Below the pieces are notes generated by a model. It saw nothing but the letters and a program-made list of their open reading frames with translations. It was not told the DNA's origin and made no database searches. A stretch of 63,939 bases of DNA, filler included, from Octopus bimaculoides (taxonomy: Eukaryota): the NCBI RefSeq assembly GCF_001194135.2. It is 5 parts of 5 records of this genome, joined end to end, with 100 filler letters (N's around TTAATTAATTAA, not from the genome) between each part and the next. Parts side by side here need not be neighbours in the genome. Positions count along the whole stretch, not along the records: positions 1 to 25,673 come from NC_068981.1; 4 more parts are not named here. One strand, written 5' to 3'. A program made the translations under genes and the position numbers. Positions 1 to 10,775 of the stretch are shown here, piece after piece. Positions within the stretch are counted from its first letter, which is position 1. The number at the start of each line of letters is the position of its first letter.

Positions 1-308
1 AGTACCGCCTGACTGGCTCCTGTAGGATTTTCGAGCGAGATCGTTGCCAGTGCCCCTGGACTGGCTTGTGCGGGTGGCACATAAAAGACACCATTTCGAG
101 CGTGGCCGTTTTCGTGCGGGTGACACGTAAAAGCACCCACTACACTCTCTGAGTGGTTGGCGTTAGGAAGGGCATCCAGCTGTAGAAACTCTGCCAAATC
201 AGACTGGAGCCTGGTGTTGCCATCCGGTTTCACCAGTCCTCAGTCAAATCGTCCAACCCATGCTAGCATGGAAAGCGGACGTTAAACGATGATGATGATG
301 ATGATGAT
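1..308 (+). mobile_element. SINE-like family A copy, 5'-truncated by the window edge, with (GAT)n tail
   Basis: Shares the motif GGTTGGCGTTAGGAAGGGCATCCAGCTGTAGAAAC...GTTAAAC(GAT)n with other copies at about 1064-1375(-), 3150-3465, 4495-4836, 5795-6140 and 9690-9960. Confidence 0.85.
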
Positions 309-1063
309 GAATAAGAACATTGAAAAATACTTGTCGAATTTGGTTAGATTTCGATTTCACTTGCCTCAACAGGTCTTCGCAAGCAGAGTTTAATGTCCAA
401 TGACGTAAAGAAAATGGTGTTGTAGGAATGTACGCAGCACATGTACTACAGCAATACTATACGTATCTTAAATACTGAGATTGAAAAGCAGGGTTGAATT
501 ATGCCTACCTAATCGACAAAAAGAAAAATTTTTTTTGCATTTTATGCATAGTAATTAGAATAACCTTCATAATTTTATTGAATTAGGTGCATATTTTGCC
601 TTAAAAGAAAATGTTGCTATCAATCTTTTTTATTTAAGGTAGGCACTGCCTACCTTACCTGCCTTGGTAGCACGTCCCTACTGTATACCTACTTTTGCAC
701 ACCACCTCTGTATAATAAGCAGTGAAGAATTGTCTACATTATTGGATTTTCAGTTGAACTTTAAGTACATGTAAAGCAGGTGTACCAAGAATAGTACAAG
801 ATATTGGAGTTTATTAGTGCCTGAAGAAAACTGCTAAACTTATTTATGCACCACCATACAATAATTAACCACTAATAACATAATAATTGCATTTACTAAT
901 ACAAATACACAGATGTACTTACAATAATGATGTACTAATTATAATTATACAGAATTCATCACTCACCTTGCTGATAAATTAAATTACAGGTAATTCAAAA
1001 TTTCAGGTAAATAAAATAGAAAAAGAAAATGAGAAAAGTTTAATTTGAAAATAAAAAAAAAAA

Positions 1064-1375
1064 AAATAAAAGTAAGATCATCATCATCTTCATCATCATC
1101 ATCATCATCATCATCATCTGCCTGTCTGTTTTCCATGCTGGTATGGGTTGTGGTTTGGCTAAAAGCTGAGAAGCTGGAGAGCTTCACTAGGTTCCAGTCG
1201 TGTGTTTTTGCATTGTTTCTATGGCTAGATACCTTTCCTAATGCCAACCACTTTTACAGAATGTACTGGGTGTTTTTTACGTGACACCAGCACGGGTACT
1301 TCCTATGTGGCACTGGTACAGATGATTTTTAGGTGACGTAGGCACAGATGCTTTTTACACGGCACCAGCACTGAC
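1064..1375 (-). mobile_element. SINE-like family A, diverged antisense copy
   Basis: Starts with a (CAT)n tail, followed by the degenerate reverse complement of family A (CTAGATACCTTTCCTAATGCCAACCAC). Ends are approximate. Confidence 0.75.
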
Positions 1376-1707
1376 TGGATCACCGAATAACTTGCAAGAC
1401 AAAACTTATACACATTAGATAATATTTTAAAAATTTTTGTGGAAAGTTGTAAATGCCTAATGCAACCTTGTAGAATGCACATCTAAAAGTTATTTCAAAA
1501 ACCTGTCCATTAAGAGCAGGGGTGCTTTCCTTTTATGGTGTATTCTTTGTACAGTCTCTTGTGATTGGCTTTTTTAAAAAAAAATTTTCCCTACCTCTTT
1601 TATGGAAATTGGTTGAATTCAGAAATATATCATTCTATCATATCTCTTTCTCCCTCAACTGCATTGTAATGTCTGCTTCAAAATGCAAATGGCTTTATCA
1701 CTTTTAA

Positions 1708-1929
1708 CCCTTTCGTTACTGTATTTATTTTGAGATGCTCTGTTTTTCTTTCAATTACTTTAAATATAACAAAGAATTATTATTAAAATAACTTAGTTAT
1801 CATTCAGCTAGTGTTAGGAATATAAATTGTGATTAAGTTTTGGTGGAAGATTTTAATTCAAAACTCATGTAAACAAGACATTTCTACTCAGAGCCAGAGC
1901 TGGTTTCAGCCGGGTTGATAATGAAAAGG
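1708..1929 (+). mobile_element. piggyBac-type MITE, full length
   Basis: TTAA at 1704-1707 and 1930-1933, termini CCCTTT...AAAAGG, non-coding, four copies within 1.7-8.1 kb. Confidence 0.75.
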
Positions 1930-2014
1930 TTAAAGCGTAGTGTTTATTCTATTGGTCTCTTTTGCTGAACCAGTAAGTTATGGGGACATAAATACACCGT
2001 TTGTTGACAAGTTT

Positions 2015-2196
2015 TGAGTACAGATGTCTTGTTTTCATAAGTTTTGAATTAAAATCTTCCACCAAACCTTAGTCACAATTTATGTTCCTAACACTAGCTG
2101 AATGATAGCTAAGTTATTTTACTAAATTCTTTGTTATATTTAAAATTAATTGAAAGAAACACAGAGCATCTCAAAATAAATACAGTAACGAAAGGG
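2015..2196 (-). mobile_element. piggyBac-type MITE, inverted truncated copy
   Basis: Reverse complement of most of 1708-1929, ending AAAGGG|TTAA at 2196/2197. Confidence 0.75.
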
Positions 2197-2469
2197 TTAA
2201 AAAGGAATAAGTCCTTGAGTTGATTTGTTCGACTAAAACCCTTCAAGGCAGTACCCCAGCATGGCTGCAGTCCAATGACTGAAACATGTAAAAGAAAAAA
2301 AATGTGTGCTGTAAGTGTGTATGGCCTAGCTTTGCTGATTTACCATTTGGTTGTAAATTTTGTTTTTGATTATGAGCTGAATATTTGAACCCCTAAGCCA
2401 CATGGTGCCATGCATGTTGTAGTTGTATTTAAAATTTTCTTAACTCCTGTATATTTTAACAAATTTCAG

Positions 2470-2552
2470 TCTGTTGGAGTGTCAGCCATCACTGGCGAAG
2501 GATTTCCTGAATTCCTCAAACTTGTTGATGATGCTACAGAAGAATATAAACA
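2470..2552 (+). CDS. GPN1: GPN-loop GTPase 1, internal coding exon (SVGVSAITGEGFPEFLKLVDDATEEYK)
   Basis: Acceptor tttcag|, donor CA|gtaagt, 83 nt open (phase 0 to phase 2). The peptide resembles the recalled human GPN1 segment [27 protein letters not shown]. Confidence 0.9.
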
Positions 2553-3149
2553 GTAAGTTGTTTCACATTTTCTTTCTGGTAATTCGTTAATCTGTCTATG
2601 GTTTAATAATTCTCAAGATTATCCAGAAATAATGGTTTCTAAATTGGTACAGAGTCAGCAGTTTTGAGATGAGAGGGGTTAGTTAATACCACTGACCCTA
2701 GTACTTGACTGGTATTTTATTATATTGGCCCTGGAAGAATTAAAAGTAAATTTTCCCTCAGTTGGATTTGAAACCAGAATGTAAAGAGCTAGCAGAAAGA
2801 CTTGTAGCATTTTGTCTGGGTTGCTAACAATTTGGTCAGGTTGCTACCCTGGATTAACAAGAAAATAGTAAGAATAATAATTCTTTCTACTGTAGGCACC
2901 AGGCATGACATTTTTTGAGGGGAGGGGGTCTAGTTAATTACATCGACTCCGGTGGTTAACAGGCGAAATGCCCATCATGCTAATGGTTCTGCCAGCTCGC
3001 CACCTTAATAATAAGGGTTTCAAGTTTCTCCACAAGGGCAGCAGTTTTGAGGGGAGGGGATGAGTTGATTACATCGACCCCAGTACTCAACTGGTACTTA
3101 ATTTATCGACCCCGAAAGGATGAAAGGCAAAGTGGAATTTGAACTCGCG

Positions 3150-3465
3150 GCCGTTGCCAGTACCGCCTGACTGGCTCCTGTAGGATTTTCGAGCGAGATC
3201 GTTGCCAGTGCCCCTGGACTGGCTTGTGCGGGTGGCACATAAAAGACACCATTTCGAGCGTGGCCGTTTTCGTGCGGGTGACACGTAAAAGCACCCACTA
3301 CACTCTCTGAGTGGTTGGCGTTAGGAAGGGCATCCAGCTGTAGAAACTCTGCCAAATCAGACTGGAGCCTGGTGTTGCCATCCGGTTTCACCAGTCCTCA
3401 GTCAAATCGTCCAACCCATGCTAGCATGGAAAGCGGACGTTAAACGATGATGATGATGATGATGA
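3150..3465 (+). mobile_element. SINE-like family A copy inserted into a family B SINE
   Basis: Identical to 1-308 apart from GAT repeat number. It splits a family B copy between GAATTTGAACTC and AATGTAAAG. Confidence 0.85.
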
Positions 3466-3577
3466 ATGTAAAGCTGGAAGAGATGCTGCTAAGCAGTTTG
3501 TCCACCGTGCTAACGAGTGTGCCAGCTCACCACCTTTAAGACAATAGAAAGCCATATACTCAGAAGAATGAAATAAA

Positions 3578-3622
<45 letters not shown>

Positions 3623-3840
3623 CCTTTCTACAATAGGTACAAGGCCAGAAATTTGTGGGGAGGGGGTTAGTCGATTGCATCAACTCCAGTAGTCAACTGG
3701 TACTTTATTTTATTGGCCCCAAAAGGATGAAAGACAAAGTTGACCCCAGCAGAAATTGAACTCAGAATGTAAGGATGGGCAGAATGCCGCTAAGCTTTTT
3801 GCTTGGCATGCTAATGATTCTGCCAGCTCGCCGCCTTTAA

Positions 3841-4051
3841 CCCTTTTGATACCAACCCGGCTGAAACCAGCTCTGGCTCTGTAGTACAAATGTCTTGTTT
3901 CCATAAGGTTTCAATTAAAATCTTCCACCAAACCTTAATCACAATTTATGTTCCTAACACTAGGATAACTAAGTTATTTTACTAAATTCTTTATTTTTAA
4001 AATTAATTGAAAGAAACACAGGGCATCTCAAAAAAAATATGGTAACAAAAG
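3841..4051 (-). mobile_element. piggyBac-type MITE, inverted copy
   Basis: TTAA|CCCTTT at 3837-3846; the body is the reverse complement of 1708-1929. Confidence 0.75.
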
Positions 4052-4109
4052 AAAGCCATATACTCAAAAAAAGGAAATAATAATAATAATAATAATAAGA
4101 ATAAGAATA

Positions 4110-5040
4110 ATAGATATGACAGAGGTGAGACCTATATACACTGGAAGCTATGCCAACACTATGGAATAACAGAAAAAAGATGGTGTAGGCACATGCCAGA
4201 AGAGGTCACAGAAAATGAGAAAGCAACCAAACTATGGGATATGCCAATACACATAGATAGAGAAATTAAGGCCAATAGCCCAGATATAGTTGTCAGAGAT
4301 CATTAAGAAAAAATATGCTTTCTAATCGATGTATCAATACCAGCAGATGGCAACATTTCTCTAAAAGAAATGGAGAAAGTTTCAAAATACAAACCTGGAA
4401 ATAGAGATAACTCGAATTTGGAGTCTAAAAAGAGAGACAATTCCTATCGAAATAGGCGTGTTAGGTATGATAAAAAAAATAGACACATGAAATACACCAT
4501 TTTGAGCGTGGCCGTTGCCAGTACCGCTTGACTGGCCTTCATAGGATTTTCAAGCAAGATCGTTGACTGTGCCCCTGGACTGGCTCTTGTGCGGGTGGCA
4601 CATAAAATACACCATTTTGAGTGTGGCCGTTGCCAGTACCGCCTGACTGGCCTCCGTGCGGGTGACATGTAAAAGCACCCACTACACTCTCTGAGTGGTT
4701 GGCGTTAGGAAGGGCATGCAGCTGTAGAAACTCTGCCAAATCAGATTGGAGCCTGGTGTAGCCATCTAGTTTCACCAGTCCTCAGTCAAATCGTCCAACC
4801 CATGCTAGCATGGAAAGCGGACGTTAAATGATGATGAAATACATAACAAAAACACCAGGTCTAACAAATATATATAACATACAGAAAATAGCACTACTAG
4901 GCACTGCACACATCCTATGCAAACCGCTTTCAATACAGTAACCATAAGAGCATCACAGCAAACCACAGCACATACCCAAGGCACACAGAGCTGTGCTCGG
5001 TAGTGAAGTGAAAGCATGTGATAAAAATAAGACTACTGAA
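4110..5040 (+). mobile_element. 3' end of an RLE-type non-LTR retrotransposon (R4/Dong-like), interrupted by a family A SINE at about 4495-4836
   Basis: Frameshifted translation gives HWKLCQHYGI...WDMPIH.DREIKANSPDIVVRD...LIDVSIP...KY..EIEITRIW...IPI.IG.LGMIKK, and after the SINE KYITKTPGLTNIYNIQKIALLGTAHIL. Flanked on both sides by (AAT)n. Confidence 0.8.
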
Positions 5041-6307
5041 TGATAATAATAATAATAATAATAATTAGGTGTGAAGCAATTGTTTTGTTAAAGACATGCA
5101 AGTATATATTATTTCTTTTTTATTACAACCAATTACTTATGTTTAATGAACTGTGGTTCACCTTTCAAAAAGTTATTAATTATTTATGAAATAAGTTTCA
5201 TGCAAAGCAAAGTGTAAAAGTAGGAAATGGAGTTTGTTAGACTCCTATGAGGATAGGGGGGAAAAAAAAAATACCATCTGTAGAAAATGTCAGAGGTTGC
5301 CATTGGAGAGTTGAATAACACATCGCCACCATCACCAACACCACCACCATCATCATAACCATCATCATCACCATCACCACCGTCCTCCTCATTATTACCA
5401 TCGTTGCCATCAAGATGGCAGTAATAGGGTGCCAGAGAACCCTCAAGGTACAAGGAAGTGAGCCTATTTGAGGATACAGAATGGATGGGGTGTGGGGGGG
5501 TTATTTGTTTCATAAGAGTGTGAGGGGTGATTAGAGATGGGGGTAGAAGTGATGTAGTGAATGATGTACAAGGGTGAATGTGTGGATGGGGGGGATATCA
5601 GTATGGAAATGGGGTGAGGTGTGAGGAGTAGAAATGGCTCAGGAAGTAGGTGGATGATGCGTAGGGTGTGTGGGGCGGGAGATGTAGAGGTACATAAGGG
5701 TAGATGTACATAAGGGTAGCTGTAGTGAGTGGAACATGATGGCGGAAATGAGAGCACAGTTTTTAAATCTTGGATGCGTATGTGCATATGTGTGTGTGTA
5801 TGTGTATATGCTGAAACTGAACCAAATTCGATGACTGGCACCTGTGCCAGTGGAGCGCTAACAGCACCATCCGAGCGGGATCACTGCCAGAGCGGCTGTC
5901 TGGCTTCCATGCTGGTGGCGCGTAAAAAGCACCATTTAAGTGTGATCGTTACCAGCATCACCTTACTGGCACTTGTGCCGGTGGCATGTGAACAAAACAT
6001 TCGAGTGAGGTCGTTGCCGGTGCCGCAAGACTGACTCCTGTGCAGGTGGCACATAAAATACACCATTTGAGTGTGGCCGTTGCCAGTACCACCAGACTGG
6101 CCCTCCATCTGACTAATGCAAGCATTAAATGAAGATGATGATTCTTCCATCTTTTAATGATGGTACAGTGTGATTTGAGGACGACTTGGCTGCTGTTTCT
6201 TGCAAATTAAGTGACCACATAGTGGCCTCTTCATCGGCTCATTTTAAAGTGTTGTTTTATCCAGATGTAACAGATGAAATCATTTACATTATGTTTGTCT
6301 TTTGCAG

Positions 6308-6406
6308 AAGCATTTGGTAAACCTTACCCAGGGATTGCAATCACCCCAGGAGTTGTGGAAAGTGACAGTGATGAAGATTTTACTGGAGATCCTGATGACT
6401 TTATTG
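6308..6406 (+). CDS. GPN1: GPN1 penultimate coding exon (EAFGKPYPGIAITPGVVESDSDEDFTGDPDDFI)
   Basis: Acceptor tttgcag|, donor G|gtaatc, 99 nt, phase 1 to phase 1. The acidic low-complexity peptide fits the GPN1 acidic C-terminal region, and it joins in frame to the 8298 exon. Confidence 0.8.
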
Positions 6407-6616
6407 GTAATCTTATATCTTTCATTTGTTTCAGTTAGTAGACCGCGGCCATGCTACAGCACCACCTTGAACAATTTTAGCCAAACAAACCAATCACAAT
6501 GTTTNNNNNNNNNNCTTTTGTCAAACCACTAAGTTACAGGGACACAAATCCACCAACACTGGGTGTCAAGCGATGGTCGGGAACAAAACACACACACATA
6601 CACACACACACACACA

Positions 6617-6849
6617 CAGGGTTGGCCAAAAGTCACCCGACAGTAAATCAAAATTCCATAGATACTATCTGTAATTTTGTATCAACTCGAATTGAAAAAT
6701 GTGTCACTCAAGAGGGACTTCAGTTCAAACAATTTTCATGATTTTTCACATTTAGAGGCTTTTATTAAATTTATTCAGTTGTTAAACATAAATAAATCTT
6801 GGAATTAAATGGTTTTGATTTACTGTCAGGTGACTTTTGGCCAACCCTG
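6617..6849. mobile_element. Tc1/mariner-type MITE
   Basis: About 36-bp TIRs CAGGGTTGGCCAAAAGTCACCyGACAGTAAATCAAA with one mismatch. TA follows the right end; the left end abuts (CA)n. Confidence 0.75.
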
Positions 6850-7191
6850 TATATAAAATCACAAATGACAGAGAAATAGTTTGATGAAATTTTATTGAAC
6901 AGTAAGAAAATTCTAATTTCACAGGATCCTTCCAGGATCTTCCATATGTATATCACTGCATATCTTTCTCATTTTCTCTCCGGGGAGTAGAACTTGAGTT
7001 TTTTGTAGCCTCTCCCAGTAGTTCGTCTGTTCCACTGAGTCAATCTTCTTTGTGTAGTGGTGCCAGGTTGCCTCAAGTTCCGCCATTTACTTACAAACAT
7101 GATAAAAGCTCTTTTACGTGAGAATATCACCTTGACCACCTTGACCGACCAGTCCGTCGGGCATCCATTTGACACTGCTGGTCACAGCACA

Positions 7192-7262
7192 CCGTCCCTT
7201 CCTCTCTGAATCGTCCCTTCCTCTCTGAATCGTCCCTTCCTCTCTGAATCGTCCCTTCCTCA
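7192..7262. repeat. 19-bp tandem repeat (CGTCCCTTCCTCTCTGAAT) x3 plus a partial unit
   Basis: Directly visible, at the 3' end of the RTE fragment. Confidence 0.9.
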
Positions 7263-7690
7263 TCCACGTGGTCCCAAACGCCCTCCTAAAATCGTAACTC
7301 CACCATCATGGAGGCCTTCCGAGTGGTCGTTTCCGCTTGTGCGGGTACCATTCGACAACTGTGCGGGTCCACCGATTATCAGTGAGCCGGGCGACGTGTC
7401 CAGCCCATCTAAACTTGCTGTGTGTATATTCTACGATGACATCCATCACGCCGGACTTCTTGTCTGACGACCTTGCTACTGATGTGCTCTCTCACCGAGA
7501 TTCCAAGCATTGACCTCTCCATGGCTCTTTGAGCCGTTACCAATCTCTGCTCTTCTCTCTTTGTTGTAGCCCATGTTTCACAACCATATAACATTGCAGG
7601 TAGAACTGTGCTATTTATGAGGTTGGCATGGGTGGTCCTGTCCAACCTACCCTTGAGCACATCCCTTATGCCATTAAACGCCTTCCACAG
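7262..7690 (-). mobile_element. RTE-clade LINE, 3' part of ORF (pseudogene)
   Basis: INSTVLPAMLYGCETWATTKREEQRLVTAQRAMERSMLGIS, then after a frameshift KFRWAGHVARLTDNRWTRTVVEWYP.KRKRPLGRPP. These are typical RTE C-terminal motifs. Confidence 0.85.
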
Positions 7691-7860
7691 CCAGGTGCCT
7701 TTTCTGTGTGTGTGTGTGACAAATGAGGTTATTGTGTTCAGGTACTGGGCTACTGCTTATTAATTTGAATGGAAAATCTATTAGTCTGTTCTTTTGGACT
7801 TGCAGACTGGACCTGGTTTTCTCTTAAAGTTTGTTCTACAAACTTTTTTGTTTGTCGTAA

Positions 7861-8075
7861 CCCTTCGTTACTGTATTTGAGATGCTCTGTGTTTCTTTTA
7901 ATTACTTTAAATATAACAAAGAATTTAGTAAAATAATTTAGTTACCATTCAGCTAGTGTTAGAAACATAAATTGTGACTAAGGTTTGGTGGAAGATTTTA
8001 ATTGAAAACTTATGGAAACAAGATATTTGTACTCCAGAGCCAGGGGCAGTTTCAGCCGGGTTGATAATGAAAGGG
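7861..8075 (+). mobile_element. piggyBac-type MITE
   Basis: CCCTTCGTTACTG...TAATGAAAGGG, same body as 1708-1929, with flanks degenerate from TTAA. Confidence 0.7.
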
Positions 8076-8297
8076 TTAGCATTTTACGGTGTATGTCACC
8101 TGGTTCCTATTGTTGGTGCCGTTTTCCATTCTCTGTCAGAAATTCTTAATCTACACACTTCTGCAACTCTTAAAGCCTTCATTAATCTTACTTATCTACG
8201 ACTGAACATTACTAATTTGTAAAAGCCCCTTAATTTGTGTAGTCTGTGATTTCTCTTTAGACAAAACAATTGAAATCTTTATTGTTTTACTTTACAG

Positions 8298-8353
8298 ATG
8301 AAGAAGAGCAGCGAGAGAGGGAGTCATTCCAACACTTTTTGGAGAGAAAGTGA
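8298..8353 (+). CDS. GPN1: GPN1 terminal coding exon (DEEEQRERESFQHFLERK*)
   Basis: Acceptor ttttactttacag|, TGA at 8351-8353. It resembles the recalled GPN1 C-terminus (EESHEEPAFQNFMQE) and is followed by a polyA signal. Confidence 0.8.
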
Positions 8354-8517
8354 AAAGCCAAAACAACAGTTGATGGTCTCTTTATGGTTCTCATAAAACA
8401 GTTTTACTGGATTTTGTATTAAAAAGCTTCATTTGATCAAAATGTGTTGCTCTACTTGTGGAATAAGTGAGTTTAGCAACTGCAAAGTAGAGGCTTGAGG
8501 CTTTTAATATTTTTGTA

Positions 8518-8523
8518 AATAAA
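8518..8523 (+). terminator. Polyadenylation signal AATAAA of GPN1
   Basis: AATAAA about 165 nt after the stop codon, followed by a T-rich/GT-rich downstream tract. Confidence 0.6.
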
Positions 8524-9233
8524 AATATTCCATTTTTTTTCTATTTTGGAAATGGTGTTCTTTCATTAAGTAACTTGATCTGAGGGTTTGCATTGAGACT
8601 GAAGCAATTACATTGAGGAAGAACCTTTTAGATATTTAAAGTGGGTTTTCCACTCTGTCCTGGAATTGCACCAACGACTAGATTACAGTTGATCATCATC
8701 ATCATCGTTTTAACATCTACTTTTCTATGCTTGCATGGGTCGGATGGTGTTTATTGGAATTGATTTTCCACAGCCAGGTGCCTTTTCTGTTTCCTAGCAA
8801 AGTAATATTTCTCCACGGCCAGACATGTTTTTGCAGAAGATTGGAAGTCAATGACACTCATTTACAAGTGTCATGCAATATCAAAACAAGGGGACATAAA
8901 TACACTCACACACACATATACATCCATACATGCAGGTATATATCTTCACACGTGCACATACACACATACACACACAAGACTCTTGGGTTAAGAGATATAA
9001 TCGCCTAATCTAAAAGGCATCAGAGATACTCGTAAAGGGTCATATTTAATCATCCTCTCATCAATCCTGGTCCAAAATATTTTACTTCAAATCTAAGAAA
9101 ATATAACTTCTTTTAATGAAAAACTGTTTCTTAAAAAAGCAAAAAAACAAATTTTCTCTTCTTGGAGAACGAAACACAGCAATTATTCCTCAAGCTCTAA
9201 TTTTAGTTTAGTCATAACTCCTAACTTATTTTA

Positions 9234-9463
9234 TTGGGATGGTGCATAATTATTGCGGCTTTTTTTTTCAACAAATTTTATTCAACAAAAACAATAATAT
9301 TTAACAAAAACATCTTTAGATGACGGTCTGACCGTCTGCCAAGCAAATGGGAAGCAGTAATTGAAGTCGATGGTGAATATGCTCTGGAATAATCCTTTAA
9401 AGATGTTTTTGTTACATGCTGATATTGTTGAAAAGAAGCCGCAATAAATATGCACCAACCCAA
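9234..9463 (+). mobile_element. mariner MITE (internal deletion derivative)
   Basis: TA-flanked TIRs TTGGG(A/T)TGGTGCATA(A/T)TTATTGCGGCTT. The interior keeps the transposase C-terminus DRLPSKWEAVIEVDGEYA. Confidence 0.8.
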
Positions 9464-10742
9464 TAACTATGAAAGGTAATTTTACAGATGTGCTGCAAAA
9501 ATTTTGTCAGCTCATGAAATAAACGAAGAATGGAATTTAACAGTTTCCATGTTAGAATTGCTAAAATGTCTCTTTCATGATGTATTGACTGGCTTCTCTT
9601 GTGCGTATTGCTTTCATTTTATGTCTTTTGCAATACTATGATGGGTTGTATGGACACTTATTGAACTTGGATTTTGTCCACCCCATCCCACCCGACTGGC
9701 TTCTGTGCTGGTAGCACAAAAAAGCACCTTCTGAATGTGGCCGATGCCAGTGCCGCCTGACTGGCTCCCGTGCTGGTGAACGTAAAAAGCACCCACTACA
9801 ATCTTGGAGTGGTTGGCGTTAGGAAGGGCATCCAGCTGTAGAAACATTGCCAGATCAGATTGGAGTCCGGTGCAGCCTCCTGGTTTGCCAGTCCCCAGTC
9901 AAACTGTCCAACCCATGCCAGCATGGAAAACGGACGTTAAACGATGATGATGATGATGTTCCAAGACCTTGTATGTGGATTTTGTCAACAGAAACTGAAG
10001 CAGGCCCATTGTGTGTGTGTTTATATATCACGGTATCGACCAGACTATTGCATGTTGTAATACATCGATGGTCACAATGCGCTTCACATTGTTTTAGCTT
10101 TCAAATGATGGCTAGGTGAGCAGGCCAACAGTCCCTCTGATTGGAAGACTATTCCATCTCAGGGTGGCCCATTTACAGCTGAGTAGACTGGTGCAATGTG
10201 AAATGTTCTGCCCAGTCAAGGAATCGAACTCATGCTCGCTAGATCGTGACCCTAACCACTATGCTACGCACCACACGCCTTCGTGTGTGTGTGTGTGTTG
10301 TCAGTTGTAATAAAAACAATTTTGCATTATTCTGAAGGGTCACCACCTTACTTTTGGAGAGTACAATTTTATTTTTTAAACAGGAATAGTGTTGACAGTG
10401 ACTTAGAAGTTTCAACCAGCAGCTCTTTGAAACTCTTTAAGGCCGTGAAGAGTCTGGAGTAGAAAATCTTCACATGCTCCAGACACATAACAGCTCCCCT
10501 TTAAACTGGTTCTCCGTCGGTTACGACCTCGAGGGTTCTAATTGATAAACTAGACCACTCATGGCTAACATGCGGCCTGCAAGATATTCTAAATGCACGC
10601 CCTACGAAAAATAGCTTTCTATGTTTTTAGTAGTGCGGCCCCTTCTGACGATGAGCCATGTCTCATGCAACCTACTTTTCGGAAAAAGGCTGCCTTTATC
10701 TGATCTGGACAGTAATCACTTATTGGGGCGATATACTGTGCA

Positions 10743-10775
<33 letters not shown>

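Noticed and set aside
951-987. AG/GT-bounded 37-nt segment upstream of the first GPN1 exon
   Set aside because: It has stops in the frame needed to join the phase-0 acceptor at 2470 and no GPN1 similarity.
5464-5841. Pro/His-rich minus-strand ORF as the SF3B4 C-terminal tail
   Set aside because: The composition comes from a G-rich low-complexity tract. It lacks the PPP/GP/M pattern of SF3B4 and has no convincing splice sites.
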